DNA of 64,000 nucleotides, from contig OX597832.1 of the NCBI GenBank assembly GCA_951406725.2, forward strand, positions 67,766,001 to 67,830,000, read 5' to 3'. The DNA comes from Octopus vulgaris. Lineage: Eukaryota. A program made the translations under genes and the position numbers. The notes under the pieces were generated by a model. The model did not search any database and was not told where the DNA came from. It worked only from the letters and a program-made list of their open reading frames with translations. Below are positions 42,500 through 55,737 of the stretch, in pieces. Position 1 is the stretch's first letter. Every line of letters starts with the position of its first letter.

Positions 42500-43480
42500 G
42501 GGAAAAAATAATAATAACAGTATATCGTTAGATTCATACACTGAAAATGGATAAATCGAAGTAGAACATTTATATAAATAGCATTTATGAAACTGATCAG
42601 ATGGAGCTGCACAGACATAAAATAGAAAATTTAAGATGAATATAATATTGGTAATAAGATTTAGACAAATATTAAAACAAAACTGAAACTCAACTAAATG
42701 CCTAAAATAAGGCAATAAGTATAAACACAGCAGCAAGCGCAGCCAGAAATAAAAAAAAAACTGGAAATAATACATAGAAAATTAAAAGAAGATAAGATCA
42801 GAAATAGTAATAGAAGAAACGACCTGCTATATTGTAAGCTGAACATTTCAAAATAATGTAAATAGGATAGTTCCAACACGAACGCAGTTGGAAATGGGTC
42901 TGCTACAAATGGAAATCTATTATAAAATAACTGCTGGGTATCAATAAAAATGCTTAGAAGAGAACATAAAATGCTTAAAAGAGAAATGAAGATTGATTAG
43001 CATAAGGGAACATGGAAAAAAGTTATTTTCTCTCCATATAAGCGAAAAGATACAAAACGAAATGTACGCATACTGAGAATAGTAGAATCTAAATGTATTG
43101 TGCAACAGAAAATAGAAGGTAAGACTATAAGAATATTCGTTATAAATACTGAATAATACAAAATAAGGATTTTTTTTAAATCAAAAGAGAAGCCAAAGAA
43201 ATCTGCCAAGAACACGCGCAAGTAAAGCCCATTGAAGGTGAATATCAAAAAAGAGAATTGACATAGATGCGATCCAGAATGAAAACCAAGAATGACTTAT
43301 AAGCTTTGAACTAAAAGAAAGGAATGAAAGCACTGAATTTTAGCTTCACAATCTCAATGCCTGGCAATTGAGAAGTCAAAATGCAGAAGAGAAGTAAACA
43401 TTAGGCTACTGTTCATCCGGACAATACAGAGAAAAAAACACTATTGATCATCTCATGTTTAAATGCCCAGTTTACGCTAA
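42500..43480 (+). mobile_element. Highly degraded R4/Dong-like remnant
   Basis: TETQLNA*NKAISINT (~KSELNARDKMLAINS), ASQSQCL (~AAQDQCL), TIDHLMFKCPV (~TIDHVVSKC). Confidence 0.55.
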
Positions 43481-44008
43481 AATGGAACACACCAGCAGCA
43501 GAGATCACATGTGTAGGCGTAGTAGTTGATCAATACGTGAAGGCATTGAACAAAAATTATATGAATACAGCCGTACACGAAATGTAGATGTTTATCCAAA
43601 GCTAGAATCGGGATTGGCAGTTCTATGAAAAAAGGTTTCAGTCGTGATATTTCATTCATATTTTCTTCACACGTTGTTATCGAACTGTATCCCTCCCTAT
43701 ATGAGGTGGTCCTGTTGCTTATTTAGCTGTTTTGTCTAGGACCCTGCAGCTGATCGTCCGCTACAGTATGCCCTTTTATTTTTTTTACACCTTCATTCGC
43801 ATATTCAGCTCCAACTATGCTGGGTCAGAAACTTTGTCGATCAAATTGACTCTTGTAATTAGATTAAGACGAGTACAAATTCTATCGGTTTTCTTATTGC
43901 CGAAACGCTAGGTTGGGAGGCTATATACAAACGAATGCTCTTTGTCAAGAGGTGAGACATTAAGATGCGTGTATATTCATGCATATCTGTGGTATATGCA
44001 TATCTGTG

Positions 44009-44066
<58 letters not shown>

Positions 44067-44339
44067 ATGTGGTATATATACACGTGTATATTTATGAATA
44101 TCTGTGGCATATATACAAACACACAGTAATGATATTGGTCGATCAGGGCTACGGTAGAGAACGGATGCTAATATATACCACTAAACCTGAATGCATAAGA
44201 TCGTGAAACAAACTTCGTAACGGAACAGATTCGCCTACACCTTTAAATAGGATTGAACAGGGTTCGGCAAGATGCCTGCTGAGACATAAGCTTAAATATC
44301 CTGGTATTGAATAGTCTTTTCTTTATATTTTGAATCTGC

Positions 44340-44505
44340 AGTACGAGTTAGCAGGGTTGTTAGCACTCCTGGCAAAATACTGAGCAACATTTTGTCCGTT
44401 TTTCAAATTCCACCGCAGTCAACTTTACCTTTCATCACATCGGGAACGATAAAATAAGTACCACTTGAACATTGGGGTCGATGTAATTGATTTATCCCCT
44501 TCTCC
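44340..44505 (+). mobile_element. SINE family B, degenerate
   Basis: ttcaaattccaccgcagtcaactttacctttcatc...gataaaataagtacc...ggggtcgatgtaattga. Confidence 0.7.
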
Positions 44506-45139
44506 TTTTAAATGAATATTAGGGTACCTACGTAGGTGTACTTAAATGTAAATCAACGGATCATACAAAATTAAGGATGAAATGCTGGGGACCGCTTCTA
44601 TGTGGTATAAAGCATTTTTGCAGCGTTCTTTCCCTCCCCTCCGACCGGGATCCTTTTTCAACATACATATCATTGTTTCTAGCAAAGATACAACAAGGCA
44701 ATTTCCAAGAGAGGCAATAATCGATTATATAGTCACCTTTAATTCACTCTTTCTTTATTCTATCGGCTGCAGTCATTAAGAAAGTAAAAATGTGATCCCT
44801 AACCATTCATCATGGATATGGATCAGTGGAGGTCATACAATGGATACAAGGAAGTTGATGTGTCATGGGTTTTTTTTGTTTTTTTGTTTCAGGCATTGGA
44901 TTGTCGCCATACTGGAGCATTGCTTTGATCGGCTTAGTCAAACAAATCTACGCTGCTACTTATTTTTAAGCCTGGTACATTTTCTATCGCTCTTTTTGAC
45001 GAACTACTAAGTACAGAAGCATAAATGAAAAGCACGCACACACAGAGACACACACACACTCACTCACTCTCACATACATACATACATACATACATACATA
45101 CATACATACATACATACATACATACATACATGTTTGTGT

Positions 45140-45365
45140 GGAAGCGCGTGGCTTAGTGGTTAGAGTGTTGTTGCAATCACGAGCGTAAGATTTTGATTTC
45201 GATTCCTAGATCGAATTATGCGTTGTCTTCATCAGCAAAATACTTCATTTCACGTTGTCGGAGTCCACTCAGCTGGAAAAAGATAAGTAATTCGGCGCTG
45301 GAGCAGCATCCTATCTCAGGAGGAATACATATAAACCCCAGAACCCAGGAAATTGCTATTCTATG
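45140..45365 (+). mobile_element. tRNA-derived SINE family C, degenerate
   Basis: gaagcgcgtggcttagtggttagagtgttg...tttcgattcc...catttcacgttg. Confidence 0.65.
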
Positions 45366-45380
45366 ACTATATATATATAT

Positions 45381-46241
45381 ATAATTTCTATATTGTATTA
45401 AGGCTACTATTCATTTCAGGTTCAGAAGAGTAGGAAAATATCCTAGTATCATAACAAGTTTTCAAGACCATCACATGGAGAAAGGTGTTCGACTCCATTT
45501 TGGAAAAGTCTCGTTTCCTTCACGGGACTTCAAGTAGATTCGCGTAAATTTATCAAGGGATGCTATTCTAGAAGGTAGAATAAACAACTTCCAGATAGAA
45601 TGGAAAATTATTGCCAAAGCTAAAGAATACAGAGGGCGGGGTCCAAAATGTGAAATCTGTATTACTAAAAAATTAGATATACAATCAACACATATCTTAA
45701 ACGTTAGGGAGGAAATCTTCTCTCCTTTCATATATAAACAATATTTTACACTCAACTATTTTAAAGAAGGCCTCCTATAAACGTGAGAAACTATAAACGA
45801 GTGCAAACCTACCAGGATAGACCCTTCATAAACATGAACACACACAGCTCACAAACTTCACACAGCAAAGAAGAAAAATGTCACAAACTCCACACAAGGA
45901 AGATATAAGTCGTAATGACGTTCAACCTCAACGTACAAATACAAAAACACCATGTCCAGAACAAAAAGAAACAAATAATGCAAAACAGTAAAACATTTAC
46001 CGAAAAGACAAATCCAAGGGAGACAAAATCAAAAAGTGCCTTCTAGCTTCATTCCTTTATTCATTGTTTCATTTAGTAAATTTTCGAGAAATCCCGCAAA
46101 CGAAACGAGACTGTTTTCCAAAATGGAAGCGAACGCTTTTCTCCATGTAATGGTCTTGAAAATTTGTTAAGATACTTGGATATTTTCCTACTTTTCTTAA
46201 AATGAAAATATTGGTAGCCTTAATTCACAAATAAAAATTAT
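45381..46241 (+). mobile_element. Penelope-like element 3' tip with inverted pseudo-LTR (third family)
   Basis: IEWKIIAKAKEY..PKCEICITKKLDI..LNVREEIFS resembles the C-terminus of PLE GIY-YIG domains; 45381-45530 is an inverted copy of 46085-46241. Confidence 0.65.
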
Positions 46242-47174
46242 GTATCCACTAATGTGTTGTTGAGCACTCATTTCATTATTCTATATTTACCTATTTGTGT
46301 GTGTGTGTGTGTGTGAGAGTGTGTGGTGTGTGAGTGTGTGTGCATAGCTGCTTTCCTTGCATATTGCGTAATGCAAAGTCACTCACAAACCATTGGTCGG
46401 CCCGGGTATAAAGTAGAATATATTCACCCAAGGTATAGCGGAGTGTGTCTGAAACCATGTGGTTGCACATCGATGCCTATAAAGAAGGCCGATGAACCAA
46501 CAAAGAGTCAAACCGTAACATGCAGTTAGGCATGCAATTATGGTGACCATTACACCAGCGATTGTCAAAGGGTTGAAAAACAAAAGCATTTGTTTTAAAA
46601 TGAAAAACACTAGAGACACGGAAATTTACAAGTCTGTACGTTGTTTGCCATCCAACTACAGCACCATATATTTCTAATATGTAAGACGTTAGTTGCTTAG
46701 CGCGTAAACTATATATTATCAGAGGAACAGAATGTTTCCTGGAAGAGGGTGTAGAATTGTAAAGAACAGCTTTTAGTTAATCGAGCAATTACGGCTGACA
46801 GCGAAAACAGAGAAGAAAATAGATTAAGATTTTATGGAATGATTGCTGAAAAGCATTTGTGCGTATACCACGTTCTCGGATGTTTGGATAAAGAATGGTT
46901 AATGTAGCGTATATATAATATACGAGAATTTGAATAGCTTTATATCTTTATATATATATATATATATATATATGTATACATATACCTATACACACACGTA
47001 GACATATATATATATATATATATAGTAAATGAAAATAGATCCTGGAATCCAGCTCTCCTGCAAATACTGGGAAACAGAATGTAAAGAAAGGAACAATGTT
47101 CTTGTAGCTGTGTGTGGTTCACACACACTGAAACTCTATAATAGGTATAAAGCAGGAAATTTTGTGGGTGGATG

Positions 47175-47344
47175 CTAGCCGACTAGATCGAGCCAATGCA
47201 CAACTGGTACTGAATCTATCGATCTTGAAAGAATTAAAAGCAATGTCAACTTCGGCGAAATTTGAACTCAGAATGTAAAGCCGGAGTAAATGCCAATGAG
47301 CTTTTTGTCCGCTGTTGTAAACGATTCTTCCAGCTCACGACTTA
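47175..47344 (-). mobile_element. SINE family B
   Basis: gtcaacttcggcgaaatttgaactcagaatgtaa...gattcttccagctc. Confidence 0.7.
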
Positions 47345-47394
47345 TCGCGAAGAATAAAAATTCTAGCGAGGAATGGACGGATATGCTATATTTA

Positions 47395-48657
47395 GGAGGT
47401 GGTATCAAACATTTCCCTGACTAGTTCAGTAGCACACAGTAGTTTGCAGCACACAGTTGCGTTCACAGTAGACGTCAACAGTGACATTCATGAAGCAGTG
47501 TGCTGAGTGACATTGCTGGGACATCTACTACGCGAGTTGTGTAACTTGTGCTTTTGTGATCACGTGTATCTTGTAGTCTGCGATTTTACCAATGGACAGG
47601 AAGTTGGAACAAAGAGCCAACGTGAAAATTTGGGGAGATCTGTTACAGAGACATTGAGCATGCTTCGGCAAGCTTACGGCGAGGAGGCAATTGGTCGTAT
47701 GCAACGCTTCAACTGGCACCGGCGCTTCTAAAATAGACGAATGTCCCTGGAAGCCGATAAGCGATCTGGAAGGCCTACCACGAGCGTCACAACCGGAAAT
47801 ATGGAGAAAATGCATCAGCTTGTGCATGATTCTCGTCAGAGGACAATCAACGACTTTGCTGATGTCGTTTCCCTGTTGTATGGACCCGTGCAGGGGACCC
47901 TAATGTCTGAATTGAACATGTGGCCTGTCTCTGCCAAGTATGTCCCCCGCCTTCTGACTATTGAGCAGAACATCACATCGAAGTCTGTTAAGTTCCCCGT
48001 CACCATGCAGCTGATGACCCACCCTTTATGTTGCGGAGGATCATAGGCGACGAGATAGGGTCTAAGAATATGAGCATGAGACAAAGCAGCAATCGTCACA
48101 ATGGAAAAAACCTTCACCCTCCTCGACCGAAGACACGACAGAGCCACAGCTTAAACAACAACATGTTCATCCACAGTATTGTGCATCAAGAGATCGAGTT
48201 ATAGGGCCAGACCTTCAATGGAGAGTTCTACGGTGACGTATTGAGACATTTGAAGGATGACATTAGGTGAAAGTGACCGGATCTGAGTAGCTTGAAGAAT
48301 TAGATTGTTTCACGACGACAATATACTCTGTTACCGAGCACCCATCACATGCGAATTTCTCACGAAAACAACATGGTTTCACTTTAGTATCTGCCCTATT
48401 CGCCAGGTTTAACCATTGCGAACTTCCATCTCTTCTCCGAGATGTAAAGGCAGCTCAAAGATCGCCGTTGTCAAGATCCAGAGCGAATCGCTTACGGAAA
48501 ACGATTTCTAGGCTGAATTCCAAAAGTGGCAGGAAAGCCGGGACCGTTGTATTGCTTTGTAAGGTGACAATTTTGAAGGAGATAATGTTAAACCTTAAGT
48601 AAATAAATTATATTTTATTGAACACAACTAATCCGGTAACCTTTTGGCACCACTTTG
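47395..48657 (+). mobile_element. Full-length but decayed mariner element with degenerate TIRs and TA flanks
   Basis: MDRKLEQRANVK from 47592, ETLSMLRQAYG, RSGRP, AKYVPRLLT, IGDE, HDDN, PYSPGL..NFHLF. Left ta-ggaggtggtatcaaac...actagtt vs right aactaa...ttttggcaccactttg-ta. Confidence 0.88.
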
Positions 48658-49324
48658 TATGGCCAAAACTAACGTCATACATATGTTGCTTTATCTATGC
48701 AACGTCAACATGAAAACATCCACAAAAAGGTTATTTGACTAAATGATTCCAGCATGGAAGGACATTTTCCACGTTTGTTGGAAGAGGTTCAGTCGATGGC
48801 ATCGATACCACTACTCAAAACGTACCTTATTTATTCAACCTGGGACGGATGAAAGGCAAAATGAATTTTGGCGGGAAAAGGAACTCGGAATGTAAGCGGT
48901 TGGGACCAGGAAATAAAAAATAATACGCCTGACATAATTTTCTATGGCAAACATATTAATAGCGTAGTAATTAATGATCTCCACAGCAATACAAAGTCGA
49001 TGTAAAGAGGATAATATTGTACAGAAAGGAACTAAACCTCTAAGCAAATACACCATCTTATCTGTTGAATGCAAAAGGAATGGTAAATTAATCTATTTTC
49101 AATATATTCTCTCTCTCTCTCTCTTTCTCTACCTCACATACACACATATATATACATCTCTGTCTCATTGTATGTATGTATGTATGTATGTATGTATGTA
49201 TCTCTCTCTCCTCCTACATATATACATGTGTACACACGTTAAGCATATCTTCAAAAACATGTACGTATAATTCCGATTAATTCATGTTTCAACATAGGAA
49301 ACACTTGAAGTCAATAATAATAGC

Positions 49325-49362
<38 letters not shown>

Positions 49363-50747
49363 CTAATACTACTACAGCAACAACTATAAAAACAACAAGA
49401 ATTATAATACCTGCAATAATAATGATAGTAATAATAATTAATTTTGCATCTCTGATATATATATATTGCCCATCGACTTTGTTAAAATTGTTGTTTTTAC
49501 GGCAGTTATCTTTGTTATGTCACTGAGCTTGTATGTTTATGTTGTAGGTGGCGCTGCGGTTCTCGCAACATCATCGCCAAGCAATGCTTCGTCATGCGTG
49601 CAATGAATTTAATTAAAACTAGCGTATAATCAGTGTTGTATATTATAGGAGAAATTAAGAACAAATAAGAAAATAAATCTACAACACGATACCAGACCCA
49701 ACATCACTATTTCCCCTTCTGTCTCTAGTACAACTCACCCATTACTAATCTACCCCATTATCTCATAAAAGATCCACCCACACATTCGTTACTAAGGTCC
49801 TCACCAACTACGTCACAACCCACCCGTTATTAATTTCCCTATTTGATCTTCAGATGAGGTTTTGATTTTACTCTGCTTGTTATCCGCCTCTTCCACTATC
49901 TCTTTTGTTTTTATTCCCTCGTCTGCTTCCTCATTCACTTGTTCTCCGCTTTCTCCCTCACTATATTCCGAACATTCTACCTTTTGCTCATATCCTAGAT
50001 ATATAATCAGAACAAAAGAATTAATGAATATATAAATAAAGAAAAATCATGAATGTATGTAGGCATCAGACGAATATGAATGTGTATAAAGTCTTATACA
50101 AGTCTATTATTTTGAAAGTCCGAAAGGCTGTACTGTAGTATAGACAACTGCTATAAAACAGTGTTGTAACATGTCTCTGGTAAAATATATGATTCAGTAT
50201 CAAAGCATGGAAGCAGCAATTACTGAATAACGCATAACAGAGGGCGAGACAATTTACGACTATTCAGGTACACCTTTGTTACGAAAGCATTGCAACCAGG
50301 TAAACCTTACAGTAATATGTAGTCACGTATTGCGAAACGCATTTTGTCATTGATTTCATGGATCTATGGCTCTATTTCACTGTTGTAACATCAAAGTCAT
50401 TCTCAAATAAGCTTCTCATTACGGACCTCACGTTACGACAAAAGACAACAACTCATCCATCACTCACAGGTTATTTTAATGTATTTACTTTGGGATGTGT
50501 ACACCACATATATTTTCGTGTATTTTTCAGCATATACGAATATATACTAATATATGTAATTAATTCGGCACTGCCCTTCAATTCCCGCAAGATGAGCAAA
50601 TATTATAATTCGATACAATAGTGAACATAACAAAACGGAAAATTAACACCAAACACTCTTGAGAAGGTGATAACGATTAAAACTGAATGTGTAGCATGAG
50701 GGTGAACCTCATGTATACAGATGGAAGTCATATAAATGCATACATAC

Positions 50748-51805
50748 ACTTAGATAAACTTAGATAGGTTTCGACCAAAGATTGATCCAAGCCATGTCTA
50801 AGTTAATACCACAACCTGATCGTATTATCTAAATCCTGTTTAAGTCAAATTTTGTTTATGGTTCATTCAAGTAGTGAGTTCTTGTTGGGTAAGTTGTATC
50901 CAATTATGGGTGGCTTATCCGGTATTCCTTGAAGAAATCTATCCAGACTCTGTTTAAAGTTGATGGGATCCTTTTCCTCTTTGATCTCTTTCGGGACAAT
51001 GTTGAAGAGGGCAGGGCCTGTTGAAGAAAAGAAATTATGTTGCAGTTTACCTATATGCTGTGATCCTGAATTGGGCAGGGGACGTATGGCCCGTGGTCTC
51101 AGCATTGGATGAACCTTGAAACTAATGTTCAGGTCGTTTGGTCAAAGTTGGCAGTATATCCTCCACATCGTACAAATGATGTACCGCTCGCGGCGGCGCT
51201 GGAGAGAGTAGAGTTTCAAGGCTTTCAGGCGGTCCCAATAATCGAGAGCAGTCATTCCTTCAATTCGTTTAGTGAGTGCCATCTGGGGTGATTCAATCCT
51301 CGAGATGTTTTGTCTTGTATGGGGAGACCACAGTGGGCAGCAGTATTCGAGGTGTGGCCGTACAAAGGAGGAGAAAAGTGTTATGATGACACCTTGTTCT
51401 CTGGACCGGAAGGTTCTTAAGATCCAGGAACTCATCCTACGGGCAATATCGACCTTATTGTTGATGTGGGCACTCCAACTGAGATTGTCATCAACAATTA
51501 CGCCCAGGTCTCTGATATTGTTAGAGGTTGTGAGCGGTTCCCCTGAAGGAAGAGAGTATGTCTGTTTTAGTGTGGACTTTCTTCCAAAATGTATCAGCTC
51601 AAATTTTCCCTCGTTCAGTTGCATTTTGTTTTTGTCTGCCCATTGACTCACAGCATATAGGTCAGACTGGAGTTGAGTTCGGTCTGCTTCTTCATTGATG
51701 ATTTGCTGGAGCTTAGTGTCATCAGCAAATATTTTCACTTTGCAGTGATGTACGACACTGGAAATGTCGTTTATGTAAATTATAAAGAGGAGCGGGCCCA
51801 AGACA
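50748..51805 (-). mobile_element. CR1-clade LINE, 5'-truncated RT C-terminal fragment
   Basis: VLGPLLFIIYIND, IFADDTKL, RDLGVIVD, VRPHLEYC, LYSLQRRRERY; 3' end finishes in a short tandem tail (tatctaagt twice). Confidence 0.92.
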
Positions 51806-51850
51806 CACATATGTATGTGTGTATGTGTGTATGTATATGTATATATGTGA

Positions 51851-51897
<47 letters not shown>

Positions 51898-52173
51898 CAT
51901 ATGTTCAGACACACAAATTTACGCACATGTAATTCTACATGTGCGTGCGTATGAGTGAACATGTGTGTGTGTGTGTGTGTGTGTGTACATCATATTAAAC
52001 AAAAATTTGGAACAAGAATGTTTATTAGATTACAAGAACTAATCAGAGGAAAAATTAAATATAATAAAAATATTTAATTTCTTTGAAATATGAAAATTCC
52101 CATGCATGCATATATATATATATTTATATATATAAATACATACATACATAAATACATTAACACACATACACAC

Positions 52174-52209
<36 letters not shown>

Positions 52210-52217
52210 CATACATA

Positions 52218-52296
<79 letters not shown>

Positions 52297-52737
52297 TATG
52301 CAAAAGCATATATACGTACGTACGTACATACACATACACATATTATGATACTAGAAAGGGAAAGATTTATTACACGGGAAAAAGTAAATAATAGAAAAAG
52401 TAAACGTTTTTATGATTCATTTCAAGAACACCTTCCTGCTGCGACTGTTATTATAATTGAAGAATCCATGTTTTCTGGGTTTTTTGTTATTTCTTGCTTG
52501 AAGGAAGTGTTCCGAGCAATTTAGGTTTCTATTATGAATTGTATTTAAATTACTTTGAAGAATTTTATGGGAGCTAGCATTATTTACACACTGTTACACT
52601 TGCACTCACTCCTGCATCAACAACCACACACAGCACGTATTTCACAGTTATATACGCGTTTGCTTGTGTTTGTATACATGCGAGTTTGTTTGTGAATAAA
52701 TGCCTGTGTTTTTAAATATGTATTCATATTTGTATGC

Positions 52738-53030
52738 GAAGGCGCATGGTTTAGTGGTTAGGGTGTTGCACTCACGATTGCGAGTTCGTGGTTTCCATTC
52801 CCAGACCGGGCATTGCGTTGTGTTCTTGAGCACTCCATTTCACGTTGCCATGTGATCATTTCGACAGCTGGCATGTGGCACTCAGTTGCACTTATACAGG
52901 TAATGTCGATTTGATGGAAGGAGTGAGCTTATGTCTACACAAACATTTGATCACTATAAACACACCATCTGTGTGGTTGATCGGTAAGACATTATCGAAC
53001 CCTCATACGTCGTCTAACGACAGGAGACTC
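52738..53030 (+). mobile_element. tRNA-derived SINE family C
   Basis: gaaggcgcatggtttagtggttagggtgttg...gtggtttccattcccagaccgggc...gtgttcttgagca. Confidence 0.75.
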
Positions 53031-53129
53031 CTTTACATAGATAGTAAGGTAGATAGATAGACAGACAGGCAGATAGATCGATATATATATATATAGATAT
53101 ATAGATAGATAGATTCACTAATATTTTTT

Positions 53130-53460
53130 GTTCTAATGGGAGTACATGCTGGTTCTGACATTCATTTGATGCATACATCAGGGCAATACTTCTGGGTAGC
53201 GTTGTAAATAATCTTTGCAACTATGCCATGCCTAAAACGCATGTAGTATCTCGTAGACATAATGGGACAGCTCCAGATAACGTGGGTCATATCCTCCACA
53301 TATGAATATATTTGCCAACATTTTCTATCACAACGTGAAATTTTGGAGGTATCATTGCCTCTGATGTGTATCTGATATTTAGTCCTGTTCATGGACTAAG
53401 AAGGCTTATCCTTCTCCATTGGATGTATTGTATTTACATCCAAGAGACACTACTCTTCCA
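53130..53460 (-). mobile_element. RLE-type non-LTR retrotransposon fragment (CCHC knuckle region)
   Basis: CDRKC...VEDMTHVIWSCPIMSTRYYMRFRHGIVAK: zinc knuckle followed by the RH(D) motif. Confidence 0.65.
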
Positions 53461-53596
53461 GCCTACGTATGTATGATTCTTTATATGCATGTATGTATGC
53501 AAGAATTCTCCATCTTTTTTAAATTTTGAGTAAATTTTTACAGACTACCGAATTTATAGCAACATTGTGAAGGAAAATATGTCGATTTAATCGTAG

Positions 53597-53826
53597 GGCG
53601 GCGTGCTGGCAGAATCGTTAGCACGCCGGGCGAAATTCCTAGCGGTATTTCGTCTACCGTTACGTTCTGAGTTCAAATTCCACCGAGGTCAACTTTGCCT
53701 GTCATCCTTTCGGGGTCGATTAAATAACTACCAGTTATGCACTAGAGTCGATGTAATTGACTTAATCCTTTTGTCTGTCCTTGTTTGTCCTCTCTACATT
53801 TAGCCCCTGTAGGCAATAAAGAAATA
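53597..53826 (+). mobile_element. SINE family B, best-preserved copy (tRNA-like head, Nin/Deu-like central domain)
   Basis: ggcggcgtgctggcagaatcgttagc (A box), gagttcaaattcc (B box), gaggtcaactttgcctgtcatcctttcggggtcgat, A-rich end aataaagaaata. Confidence 0.88.
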
Positions 53827-53996
53827 AATATATTAATTTAACCGTCATCCTAAGGATCTTGAAAATATCTTACAGCTTTTTATAGTCCTAGAATCGTGGC
53901 CATTTGCAGCGCTTGGATTAAGGATTTAAGTATACACACATACACACATACATGCATGCATGCATGTATGTGTGTATGTATGTATGTATGCATACA

Positions 53997-54034
<38 letters not shown>

Positions 54035-54061
54035 TTAGGCTGGCTGGCTGGCTGGCTGTTA

Positions 54062-54102
<41 letters not shown>

Positions 54103-54120
54103 TTAGGCTGGCTGGCTGGC
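53997..54120. repeat. (GGCT)n microsatellite with gttaggct interruptions
   Basis: Directly visible. Confidence 0.95.
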
Positions 54121-54601
54121 TTTATTCACTTAATTTCAAGAGTTCTTGCCAATAGAGAAAAAACGGTTTCTAACCTACTTACAAGGCTCCTTCACTGGAA
54201 TTTCAACATGAACATTTTACCTTTGTTTATATGTATGTGTGCGTATATGTAATGTATGTATGCGCAGCTTTGTATGTTTTATGTGTGTATTCTTATGTTA
54301 TATATCTAGACACGCTCGTTTATACTTAAATGATAAACTTCTGGAAAGTTCTCCAGATTGTTACAGTTCCAGTGGTAGATTGGAACGATTTTCTTCGAAT
54401 TAGCTTTCTTCTTTCTGGTTTTGAGAAGCCTTATTCCTCATTTTTTGGTATTTAGGCAGTGTGTCACACATCCCGGGGCGCCAATAATTACAGGTATAAA
54501 CCTGGACTTGTAATATCCATAGTTCAGCGTTGGTATTCTCTTTTTTCACTGATCTTCAGTTTTATAACATTCGCTGGGCAGTTAATTCCCACAGCAGTGC
54601 A

Positions 54602-54632
<31 letters not shown>

Positions 54633-54950
54633 TGTATGTATGTATGTATGTATGTATGTATGTATGTATGTATGTATGTATGTATGTATGTATTATGTAT
54701 GTATGTATGTATGTACGTATGTATTCGTCCGACCTTTGTTCAGTTTGTGTTTGGTTTGGAAATTTTATTCACATATCACTCGTGAGTTATTTGTCGATCA
54801 GATATTCTATTTAATGAGCCAAACACTCACGCAATGGACGCTCCACTTGAAGCCACATGCTTTCTTTGAAGTGATATTTGTAACCAAACACCCCTGTGTC
54901 TTCAATGGGTGCGCCATCATGTGTATCTACTCATTTTTGCTAACTTCATG
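54121..54950 (-). mobile_element. Degraded RLE-type non-LTR retrotransposon 3' end, interrupted by (TATG)n
   Basis: Minus strand INCPANVIKLKISEK, PVIIGAPGCVTHCLN, STTGTVTIWRTFQKFII*, then a UTR ending in aataaa at 54121. Confidence 0.55.
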
Positions 54951-55352
54951 ACAAACGTGAAATGCTTACATCTCTAATATTCTGGTACATTTTCCATTTT
55001 CAGTCCAGCTTTTCAGCTGGCTTTTTTAATTCGTCACAGCATTATATATTCTAACAAAAACTTAACTAATGTTTGTTCTGCAATGTAAATTCAGCACTGT
55101 TCACCATTGGCTCTAGCATAGTACCAGAGTAGTCGTAAATGTATTTGATTTTTTGACAGTCCAGTGATCAAATGAAAAATTACAGGCATTTTTTGAGTGG
55201 AAACTTTCACGAAAAAAAATTTGCTAAATTAAAGATTCACAAAATAACATATATGGAAATATTTTGCTTGCTTTATTAATCAGACTTGTGAGTAAACACA
55301 CTTTTCAATAGTAACTGTGTATGCCAGTTGAAAATTTTTACATGAAATAGAA

Positions 55353-55737
<385 letters not shown>

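Noticed and set aside
46150-46185. UUGAAAA heptamer in the third PLE pseudo-LTR
   Set aside because: Followed by GAUA rather than GAAA in both arms, with no clear stems.
52426-52512. Hairpin gaacaccttcct / aggaagtgttc
   Set aside because: Short imperfect stem without ribozyme core motifs or a partner copy in the window.
54030-54110. ttaggc units resembling telomeric repeats
   Set aside because: Isolated variants inside a (GGCT)n array, not tandem telomere repeats.
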